A DNA stretch of 39,873 bases from positions 1 to 39,873 of IMG/VR virus record IMGVR_UViG_3300006851_000008; one strand, 5' to 3'. The position numbers and the translations under genes were made by a program. The notes below the pieces were generated by a model that was given only the letters and a program-made list of their open reading frames with translations, was not told the origin of the DNA and did no database searches. The stretch comes from a virus. Its lineage: Duplodnaviria; Caudoviricetes. Each line of letters begins with the position of its first letter. The stretch's first letter is position 1. This document shows positions 19,426-27,130 of the stretch, piece by piece.

Positions 19426-20262
19426 TTAATTGCAGTTAACTAAATAAGCCTCCTGTTCTTTTAATAACTCTACAAAATGTTGTTTTACATACTCATCTGA
19501 AAGACCAATGCAGTTTCCAAGTATTTTTTGAAAGAGAACTAGGATTGAAACACTCTTTAATAATCTATAATGCACCGTAGTTGTTAGCATTCCTTCCAGT
19601 TCTTTTTCTACTGCCTTTAATCTTTCATAATTAAAAACATGCTCTACCATATGCCTTTTACTAGCAACAAGCTGAAGTGCTATTTCATTCAAGTCGTTTT
19701 CAATTAATTGATTTAATTCGTGAAACGAATTAACCTCAGTTTTTGAAAAAACATTCTTTGTCATAGTTTCTATTATCATTCTACTAGATAGAGATGCATC
19801 ACTTGTTTTATAATTACCTGTAACTATTGTATTGCATTTAATTTGTGCCGGAAACACTTCTCCATCTTCATTACTTGTTTGATAGGTGTCTTTTTCATAA
19901 ACCTCTTTCAAAAAAGCGTCTAGTATATAATTGCCATCATAGTACTCTTCAAAACAAACAATGCCGTTAAATTGTTTAGAATATCTCTTTAAAATAGAAT
20001 GTATATTCAGATCGCCAGTTACATAACAGTTAGGCCCTACATCTACGCAAACTAGTTTTTGGCATAGATAAGCTAATCTGCTTTTACCTGTTGCTGAAGG
20101 ACCGTATAGGTGTAATAGTGGAAAGAAGCCTAGTTCTTTCACTACTATATCCCTAAATAAGCTAGCTGTGCTAAATAGCAATGCTGTAACACCAGCACTG
20201 CCATAAACTTCTACTACTTTTTCTGAAATTTCTGCAAAGGATGTGTGTTTTATGTTTTTCAT
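19426..20262 (-). CDS. P-loop NTPase resembling the helicase domain of Bacteroidota primase-helicases
   Basis: 'FPLLHLYGPSATGKS' Walker A, 'VCFEEY' Walker B-like, 'TGN', 'LSSR'. Confidence 0.7.
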   Translation of the reverse strand: MKNIKHTSFAEISEKVVEVYGSAGVTALLFSTASLFRDIVVKELGFFPLLHLYGPSATGKSRLAYLCQKLVCVDVGPNCYVTGDLNIHSILKRYSKQFNGIVCFEEYYDGNYILDAFLKEVYEKDTYQTSNEDGEVFPAQIKCNTIVTGNYKTSDASLSSRMIIETMTKNVFSKTEVNSFHELNQLIENDLNEIALQLVASKRHMVEHVFNYERLKAVEKELEGMLTTTVHYRLLKSVSILVLFQKILGNCIGLSDEYVKQHFVELLKEQEAYLVNCN

Positions 20263-20301
20263 GTTTTATGTTTTTAAGTTATTGTGTTTTAGTTTAAGTG
20301 G

Positions 20302-20321
20302 CGTATATAACTATGTTACCT
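20302..20321 (+). other. attI-like site (GTATATA-ACTAT-GTTACCT)
   Basis: GTT core at 20315 begins the cassette; the 14-mer CGTATATAACTATG recurs at 21623-21636. Confidence 0.45.
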
Positions 20322-20325
20322 GCCA

Positions 20326-20601
20326 TTAAAATTCATAGTCATCCAGAACTTCTTTATCTGTTAAAAAATACTCTCCGCATTCAGAACACATTATTTCGCT
20401 ATCTGTACCATCGTCTTGACCTCCCTCTGCATAATATGTAACTCCATCTTTTTCGTAAACATATTTGCATAAATGACCATCAAATTCGTAGTATTTACCT
20501 TCACTCACAAATCCTTCCATGCAATCTCTACATATCTCACCGTACAAAGGCGAGCCACCTGTAGGGTGGTCTGATATTCTATAAATTTGAATTTTATTCA
20601 T
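20326..20601 (-). CDS. Cassette-borne acidic Zn-ribbon protein (91 aa from MNKIQ)
   Basis: CRDC...CSECG; tightly bounded by inverted TGTTACCTGCC/GGCAGGTAACA. Confidence 0.65.
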   Translation of the reverse strand: MNKIQIYRISDHPTGGSPLYGEICRDCMEGFVSEGKYYEFDGHLCKYVYEKDGVTYYAEGGQDDGTDSEIMCSECGEYFLTDKEVLDDYEF

Positions 20602-20611
20602 GATTCTGAAA

Positions 20612-21190
20612 TTAACGGCAGGTAACAAGCGGTTTGGCGTAATGCCGCAGTAACTGCCAAGATTGATAATTTAGTTTATAAGAGGCGGCACATACGCCAA
20701 GCCGCCCTAACGTTACTTTGGATTCTATTGACGTATATCTTTCTGTTGGTTTTCCGTGAATATCTATAGTTTCAAAATAATGAATGCTTTCATTTTCAGC
20801 GGATGTGCCGTCATATCTAAAACAATCTGGACTTTCATTAAACTCTTTTAAACCTTGTAATCTTCTTGTCTGCGTTTTTCTACCGTCCAAAATAGCTTGT
20901 ACCATAGGTGTGCTAAATAAAATAGGTCGGAAAACGGCATTCTCTAACTCTGTATATACGTCAGTTGCAGTTTCATTATCATTTATAGACAATCGATTAA
21001 AGTGTTTTTTTGCTAATGTCTTTAAGTCTTTGGCTAGTTTTAAATTATCATAGCCTTGGTCATTATCTATTCTTCTACAAAACTTTTCTAATAATCCCAT
21101 GTCATATAATTTTAGTTTCAACCCCATCCATTTGTTTCTGTCGGACCAAGTAGCCAAAGAAATAAACATCCTTAATGTATTCTTCTCCAA
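20612..21190 (-). CDS. Protein with ASCH-like N-terminal motif, apparently truncated and reading into the attC-like site
   Basis: 'RPILFSTPMVQAILDGRKTQTRR'; the last ~33 codons are encoded by the palindrome. Confidence 0.55.
   Translation of the reverse strand: MEKNTLRMFISLATWSDRNKWMGLKLKLYDMGLLEKFCRRIDNDQGYDNLKLAKDLKTLAKKHFNRLSINDNETATDVYTELENAVFRPILFSTPMVQAILDGRKTQTRRLQGLKEFNESPDCFRYDGTSAENESIHYFETIDIHGKPTERYTSIESKVTLGRLGVCAASYKLNYQSWQLLRHYAKPLVTCR
20620..20718 (+). repeat. attC-like palindromic recombination site
   Basis: AGGTAAC ... GCGGTTTGGCGTAATGCCGC / GCGGCACATACGCCAAGCCGC ... GTTACTT; GC-rich stem in AT-rich surroundings. Confidence 0.65.
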
Positions 21191-21605
21191 AGAACTTCAA
21201 TACAAGTGTATACACACCGTTAGTCCTTTCCACTTTATGTATATCTACTTCAAATTTAGTGTCATTCATCTCCTTAAAAGCATTTAAATGAGCCTTATAT
21301 GAATGTTCATTATGCGACACTATTTTTAAATAAATACTACTAGAACTATCCACTTTTAAATCCTCAACAGTTTCACTGCAACACTCTTTCTTTGTTTCTT
21401 TATTATAGATCGGAGCAAGCATCTTATTGTATTCTTTATAAAAATCTAAAAACGTGCCTTTCATTACCATATCCAAAACAGCTTCTACTTCTGAAGCCGA
21501 TACAACACTTGTAGATAGGCGTATTAATCCATCGTTCTTTACTTTTCGTGTACTCATTGCTCTTTGTTGTAGATAAGCTTGAGCTGATTTTAATTGTTCT
21601 TCCAT
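21102..21605 (-). CDS. Hypothetical phage protein
   Basis: 167-aa co-oriented ORF. Confidence 0.6.
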   Translation of the reverse strand: MEEQLKSAQAYLQQRAMSTRKVKNDGLIRLSTSVVSASEVEAVLDMVMKGTFLDFYKEYNKMLAPIYNKETKKECCSETVEDLKVDSSSSIYLKIVSHNEHSYKAHLNAFKEMNDTKFEVDIHKVERTNGVYTLVLKFFGEEYIKDVYFFGYLVRQKQMDGVETKII

Positions 21606-21642
21606 TTTATTTTAATTTATTACGTATATAACTATGATATAG

Positions 21643-21783
21643 TTAATTTTTAACCTTACTATCGTACCATTTTTTCCAGATCTTCATTTTCTTCTTATAC
21701 TCTTCTTCCCAAGGGTAGTATTTTCCTGTTTTACTTCTTGGATCATAAATACTTGGGTGTTCAGGTTCTTTTATGTTTTCCAT
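21643..21783 (-). CDS. Small hypothetical protein (46 aa, not in ORF track)
   Basis: Hand translation MENIKEPEHPSIYDPRSKTGKYYPWEEEYKKKMKIWKKWYDSKVKN with A-rich leader. Confidence 0.5.
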   Translation of the reverse strand: MENIKEPEHPSIYDPRSKTGKYYPWEEEYKKKMKIWKKWYDSKVKN

Positions 21784-21855
21784 TTTATTTTAATTTTCAT
21801 TTTACCGTTAAAAATCAAAAAGGCACCCGGAACAAGTCCAGGCACCTTTCGTGCA

Positions 21856-22071
21856 TCAACAAGCTAGGTCAACTACAATAGGCTTGTTTGACAGTCTATG
21901 AATTGGGAGAGTTAATCTGCCTTGGGGAGTGGATACTTCACACAAATAAAAACATTTGTGAATACGTAATAGTTCTACTTTCTGAAAATTGAAGTACAAA
22001 TCCTTTGTACACAATAGTTCATCGCTGTTTTTAGAAGGGAATATCCCTACTATCTTTTTTGTTTTGTCCAT
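21856..22071 (-). CDS. Hypothetical phage protein
   Basis: 71-aa first ORF of the accessory block. Confidence 0.5.
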   Translation of the reverse strand: MDKTKKIVGIFPSKNSDELLCTKDLYFNFQKVELLRIHKCFYLCEVSTPQGRLTLPIHRLSNKPIVVDLAC

Positions 22072-22165
22072 GTTTATTGTTTTTAATTAACACAATAATA
22101 CACATATATGTTTGCTTTAGCAAACTTTTACACAAAATTAATACAAAAACACACGCATACGTTTG

Positions 22166-23848
22166 TTATAATCCAGATGGCAAAGGTCTACTTCCACCCA
22201 TTAAAGGATCGGCCCACTTCTTTCGGTACAACAAATACTTAAAAGCATCGGAATAATTTGGAGAGTGCATTGGGAGTCTATGTAGTGGTAAAGTCTTTTC
22301 GGCTTTTTTGTTCTTGTTTATAACCTTCACGCCTTGCTTCCAGCTTACTTCTACCTTGGTAGTTTCTAGCGATGATTTAAGCTCTGCGCATTGATACATA
22401 CATATTAATATGTTAGGAAGCCTAGAATTTTCTTTCCCTAAAAACTTAAGCATGAACAAGAACTCTTCGGCTTGATATATTGTAGCCTGGTTACGACTCA
22501 TTAAGTTTACTTTCCAACCCGTAGGATTCCCGTGTATGTCAAACTCTATGCATCGCTGTAGTTCCGAAGCCCAGTCACGGCCAGAGCTCTGATACTGGTT
22601 ACCGCTTCGGTCGTAGTACATGTTCAACTGCTTGTATCGATGATTGGCATAGAATTTCACAAACCTATCGGCCAACTCTCTTGAACTTTGCGGAGCCAAC
22701 ACGTGCATGTTTTTTGTTATTCGGAAATCCCTACCTATTTCTTGACCCAACACCATGGATAACTGACGGCCAAAGTCTACACCAGCATCTATTGGCGCAT
22801 CCATAACGTGGTATTCCAGCATCTCGCAAGACTCTTGAAAATCGTCGGCCAAGGACATGTTCTCTATATACTCGCTTCGCAACCCATCCTCAAAGAAATG
22901 CGAATCGTCCAAACGTTGATAAAAACTTTCGCCAGCCTCCAACTTCGGCATAAAGGTAAGTACCGAGCTTTTAAACTCTTCCAATCCTAGATGGCCAATA
23001 GAATCTTCTATATAACCATTAGTAAGTATATCCAGATTTACAAGCGACGATACCATATAGAAGAAAGTAAGATCCTTCCTTGCTACATTATGGCGAAGCA
23101 TCCACCGCTTTCTATTCTTTACTAAATTGTTTAGCCTACGACTGTTCTTAGCCTTGTAAGCCTTATATATTTCGTGATTTATTTCGTTTACCACCAAACC
23201 AATTTGCAAGGCTAATTCCACTTTCTCTACATCCATTAACTCTTTTTGGTCCATGATCCAATCGTAGTCGCCTTTGCCTAAATTAGGTAAGTCGGTAGTG
23301 AAAGTAACTCCACGATAATATGGCGAATGAGCAAACGCAGGATAACCGCGCAAGGCAGGCATAAGCGTGTCTAGCTTTTTCTTATCTAGGTATTTTGCTT
23401 CGTCACCATATATATGTTGATAGGAGTTTCCAGCTAATCCCGATGGCTGATCTAATGAACCAAGTATAAATATATGACCATTAAAAGTGCTAATGGTGTT
23501 ATTGTAGTTCATAATAGGCTTGTACGCCTTCTCGAAGTGTGCCGGTGGTCGCACGCCTTTCACGAAGTGCTTACCTTCTTCCCAGCCTTTATAATTCATC
23601 CAACCTTCTAGAAGCGTAGGAATAATGTTAGTTCGTGCATTTACGTAGGTATTACTCACTATGGCCGACAAGGCTCTTGGCATGTCATGAACAATATCTA
23701 TGGAACGATCTGCAATCACATCGGACGTTTTTGTCATTCCACGGCCAGCAATCAGATATAAGTTCTTAGGACCTATAAGGTCTATCATCTGTTTTACGTA
23801 GTTTCCGTACCTAGCTTCTACATCCTTATTTTTTAATTTCCCTCGCAT
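22166..23848 (-). CDS. terL: Terminase large subunit
   Basis: Walker A 'AGRGMTKT', Walker B 'IYGDEA', RNase H-like 'GVDFG', 'YYDRSGN', C-terminal 'SDAFKY'. Confidence 0.85.
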   Translation of the reverse strand: MRGKLKNKDVEARYGNYVKQMIDLIGPKNLYLIAGRGMTKTSDVIADRSIDIVHDMPRALSAIVSNTYVNARTNIIPTLLEGWMNYKGWEEGKHFVKGVRPPAHFEKAYKPIMNYNNTISTFNGHIFILGSLDQPSGLAGNSYQHIYGDEAKYLDKKKLDTLMPALRGYPAFAHSPYYRGVTFTTDLPNLGKGDYDWIMDQKELMDVEKVELALQIGLVVNEINHEIYKAYKAKNSRRLNNLVKNRKRWMLRHNVARKDLTFFYMVSSLVNLDILTNGYIEDSIGHLGLEEFKSSVLTFMPKLEAGESFYQRLDDSHFFEDGLRSEYIENMSLADDFQESCEMLEYHVMDAPIDAGVDFGRQLSMVLGQEIGRDFRITKNMHVLAPQSSRELADRFVKFYANHRYKQLNMYYDRSGNQYQSSGRDWASELQRCIEFDIHGNPTGWKVNLMSRNQATIYQAEEFLFMLKFLGKENSRLPNILICMYQCAELKSSLETTKVEVSWKQGVKVINKNKKAEKTLPLHRLPMHSPNYSDAFKYLLYRKKWADPLMGGSRPLPSGL

Positions 23849-24473
23849 CTATATCTTTTAATACTTGTAGTGGTAGCAATCCAGCTTCACGACGTATAAT
23901 GTCTTTTTCTACTTCGCTTATTCCTTCTAGTTTTTCGTCTATTACTTTTGCTATTGCGGTTCGGCTTGCTTTTGGTATTCCTAAGCTTTCGGCATTGGTA
24001 GTGTATAATTTAAATGGCTTGGTAAACATTTCTTCTGGAAGCTCGAGCTGATCTTCTTTACCTAATTCTAACACTTCGTACTGCTCTTTATACATCTTAA
24101 CAACTTTAAAAGCATCGTCTACATCCTTAATTAGGGAAATAGCCAGGTTAATAGTCTTCTCTATTTGCTGTGAAATAAGATTCCTAAACGCTTGCTTGCT
24201 AATGTCGCTATCTGCATAGAAGTACTCAATGGTGTTATTGTATAGCTTATTGGCTCGGTAATACGACAGTCCACAACGTGTGCGCAAATCCTTAACGATT
24301 GCATCTTTGCTTCCGTATTTGTCTATTCGCCTGTGCATACCGTACACCATTTCCATAGCGCGTAAGTAGTTTACTACACCTTCCGGTGCCTCCTGCACAT
24401 CGCCAGTATCTATATACTCGTAGATTTGCTCTAGACTAATGTCTTCTGAAATATTTATCGATGTATCAATCAT
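23826..24473 (-). CDS. Putative terminase small subunit / packaging accessory
   Basis: Helical 215-aa ORF coupled immediately upstream of terL. Confidence 0.5.
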   Translation of the reverse strand: MIDTSINISEDISLEQIYEYIDTGDVQEAPEGVVNYLRAMEMVYGMHRRIDKYGSKDAIVKDLRTRCGLSYYRANKLYNNTIEYFYADSDISKQAFRNLISQQIEKTINLAISLIKDVDDAFKVVKMYKEQYEVLELGKEDQLELPEEMFTKPFKLYTTNAESLGIPKASRTAIAKVIDEKLEGISEVEKDIIRREAGLLPLQVLKDIDAREIKK

Positions 24474-24771
24474 CTAGCATGAAGTATTTTCTGATTTTTG
24501 CTTCTGTTTCTTTTCGCTCCCTTATGTTTTCATAAATCTGTGTAGCGGTTATGTTTCCCGCAGTAGCGTTTTCTAGTAGCTTACTGCTAATGTCAAAATC
24601 AGCTTTAAGCTTTCCGCGTTCGTATGCAATTCGCAATTCGGAATTTTCGTTATCGAATTCTTTTTGAAACTTAGCTTTGTCTATTTGCAAATACATACAC
24701 ACTTGGCTAGGGCGGTAATTAGTAGCCCCCATTTTCTCAACTACCAATAAGTTCTCCTTGGATAATCTCAT
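24466..24771 (-). CDS. Small HTH-like packaging-associated protein
   Basis: 'AYERGK...LLENATAGNITA' resembles TerS-like segments. Confidence 0.5.
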   Translation of the reverse strand: MRLSKENLLVVEKMGATNYRPSQVCMYLQIDKAKFQKEFDNENSELRIAYERGKLKADFDISSKLLENATAGNITATQIYENIRERKETEAKIRKYFMLDD

Positions 24772-25363
24772 GTCTTACTTGTGTTTCGGTTACTAATTGC
24801 TTTCTAAACTCAAACAAGGCCTTGCTGTTTGCAAATGTGTATTGCTCGTACATTGCGTTTTCGCTCCAATTGCCACTGCCTTCTATCACAAAGTAGTCCT
24901 CTTTTGTTTTGGCCATCGCTACTTTTGCATGTGCCCAGGTGAATAGTATTTGAAAGTTCGGGTACTCTTTGTTTGCCGTTCGCAACAAGTCTACTACCGT
25001 AGGATTTCTGCTTATTATAGAATCGTTTACGCAAATGGTAATCTTGTCTATATAGCCTGTGTTGTGCAACTCTGTAAGCGATTCTACTACTCGTCTATTA
25101 ATAGAGTAGGTGGTAGCGTATAAATGCTCTATGCTTTTCTCCGAGCAGATAAACGGGATAAACGTAAAGGCGTTAAACTGCTTGTCGGTTTGCAGGAACA
25201 TAAACTCTTCCTCTGTAGGCAATCGTTTTACGTAATCTTTTACATTGCTTATTCTTTCGAAATGACTAGCTAAATACTTAGATATAAAACCACCAGAAGC
25301 TCCCTGTTTGGGAGTAGCCTCTAGTGGTATATCAAAAAATTTATTTTCCGTCATTCTTCGCAA
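24737..25363 (-). CDS. Phospholipase D-superfamily (HxK...GSxN) protein, probable nuclease
   Basis: 'HAKV...IEGSGNW.EN...EQ'. Confidence 0.7.
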   Translation of the reverse strand: MRRMTENKFFDIPLEATPKQGASGGFISKYLASHFERISNVKDYVKRLPTEEEFMFLQTDKQFNAFTFIPFICSEKSIEHLYATTYSINRRVVESLTELHNTGYIDKITICVNDSIISRNPTVVDLLRTANKEYPNFQILFTWAHAKVAMAKTKEDYFVIEGSGNWSENAMYEQYTFANSKALFEFRKQLVTETQVRHEIIQGELIGS

Positions 25364-26297
25364 TCCTTTCCTCTACTAAAACAAGTTCGTCTTCGTACTC
25401 TTTTATTTTAGCCTGGAAAGCTTCTAGCTTGTCTTTGGCAATCTCACCATCTTCTACCTTCTTGCTATCGCGAGCAATGTAGGTTTTTAGATTATTTCTG
25501 CGTGTAACAAGATCTACTACCTTAATTGCGTTTACGGCTTTCTGCAAATTATGTGCAGCGAAAATAGGATGCTCTCCTAATATCTCTCCGTGTTCTTTGT
25601 AGTAGTTAAGTTCTTCCATGATGTCTAAATCAAGCTCAAAACCTTCTACTGCTTTTTTTGCATGTTCTAAAACTTCCTCGTTAGTCAAATTCTTGTTTGC
25701 TTCTAGTGCTTTGTAATTCTCTACCCACTTTTCGTAAGCAGTAATTTTGTCGGCAACAAGAATTTTAAACTCGTCTGGACAATCTTCCGAACTTAAAAAA
25801 GGAAAGATGGATCTAAGCGTAGCACCTTCTTTTGCTTCGTCGGGTAAATCTACTTCTACATCCTCGCTATCTTCCTCTTCGCTATGCTCTAGAATAAAAT
25901 CTATTAGCGTAACTTTCTTTTGGTCCGAAGGATCTACACCCACTTTTTCAGAAAGTTCTGCAGCAAGTGGTCGCAACTCTTTTTGGTAGTGCATAGATTC
26001 TAATCCTTCGCGTGTATACGTAGGTGTATGTTCTTTTTGTTTGCTTGGTGCTGATGGCGTAGTCGCAAACGAATGAATCTCTACATCGCGAATACCAAAG
26101 TGCTTCTTTATGCTGTATTCTAAAGATAGGAGCGAAGCTACCCCTCGTTTGTTTATAGCAGCAATCTCACGACGGTTTTTCGAAACCTTTCTAAAAACAT
26201 CAAACAGAGCATTGTAACGCTCCGATGGTTTCTTTTTTGTAGCGAGTATTTCTATTGTTTTCTTTTTCATAGTAATCGTATTAAAAAAGCCCTGCAT
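25341..26297 (-). CDS. Hypothetical phage protein (start probably MKKKT)
   Basis: 318 aa; 'FPFL....CPDEFKILVADKI' and 'ILGEHPIF' motifs. Confidence 0.65.
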   Translation of the reverse strand: MQGFFNTITMKKKTIEILATKKKPSERYNALFDVFRKVSKNRREIAAINKRGVASLLSLEYSIKKHFGIRDVEIHSFATTPSAPSKQKEHTPTYTREGLESMHYQKELRPLAAELSEKVGVDPSDQKKVTLIDFILEHSEEEDSEDVEVDLPDEAKEGATLRSIFPFLSSEDCPDEFKILVADKITAYEKWVENYKALEANKNLTNEEVLEHAKKAVEGFELDLDIMEELNYYKEHGEILGEHPIFAAHNLQKAVNAIKVVDLVTRRNNLKTYIARDSKKVEDGEIAKDKLEAFQAKIKEYEDELVLVEERIAKNDGK

Positions 26298-26312
26298 GAT
26301 AACAGGGCTTTT
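26283..26312. terminator. Bidirectional rho-independent terminator after the head/tube genes
   Basis: AAAAAAGCCCTG-CATGATAA-CAGGGCTTTT. Confidence 0.75.
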
Positions 26313-26321
26313 GGTTATTTA

Positions 26322-27110
26322 CTAGCTCCTGTCAGTTTCGATTAGAATCTTGGAGTCACTCTCAAACGCCTTTAGCGTTATGGACGCGCCAGGCACTCCC
26401 ACCCAATCGGCACCACCCGCAAGTATTACAGTTGCTGTGTTCTCGAGCTTTCCAGCTACATCACCACCAATTAGCGTAATTTTATCGCCAGCTTCCAGCG
26501 AAGCGGTATTAATAGTGATTACTTCGTCGGCCATAGTAGCATCTACCTTATAAGTAGTTCCAGCTGTAGCTTCTATTGTTTCGTCGGTGGCAGTAGGTTC
26601 CATAAAGCTGAATGTACCTTCGTACACAGCAGGAACAAACGTAGTAGCGATTCTTTGCGATAAAGTAATCGTGTGCATATTACCCTCTGAATTACTAGTG
26701 TACTCTGAGGATAAGAACACCGGACTACATTGCGTACCAAACATTCGGTTATTACCACCGTCGCATCTGCGAGTAATGGCTACAAAGCCAACCCCTAAGT
26801 TGTTTTGCAAGAACTCTAGAATATCTACGCTATCGCCAGGGTAATTACCTTGGGTAGATTGCGTAATTCCTTCTTGGTCCAAATCGCCTTCGGTTTCGTA
26901 AGTGTCTTCTTGCGATCCAGGCGTTCGGTACATTTCTATCATTTCTGCTCCTTCTTTCATTACGAAAGAACCAGGAACAACCACTCCTTTACTATCTCTA
27001 GCAGGGAAATGGAGTACATCGTCTACCTTCACAAGAACTAAATCCTTGGAAGGAGCTGCGGCTCCTGGTGAAGGACCCGCAGTTCTTTTAACTGTTTTTA
27101 ATCTATACAT
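26322..27110 (-). CDS. Putative major tail (tube) protein with C-terminal accessory domain
   Basis: Beta-rich 262-aa protein directly after the capsid gene and followed by a terminator; positional inference. Confidence 0.55.
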   Translation of the reverse strand: MYRLKTVKRTAGPSPGAAAPSKDLVLVKVDDVLHFPARDSKGVVVPGSFVMKEGAEMIEMYRTPGSQEDTYETEGDLDQEGITQSTQGNYPGDSVDILEFLQNNLGVGFVAITRRCDGGNNRMFGTQCSPVFLSSEYTSNSEGNMHTITLSQRIATTFVPAVYEGTFSFMEPTATDETIEATAGTTYKVDATMADEVITINTASLEAGDKITLIGGDVAGKLENTATVILAGGADWVGVPGASITLKAFESDSKILIETDRS

Positions 27111-27130
27111 AATTGTGTTTGTTTAAAGGA

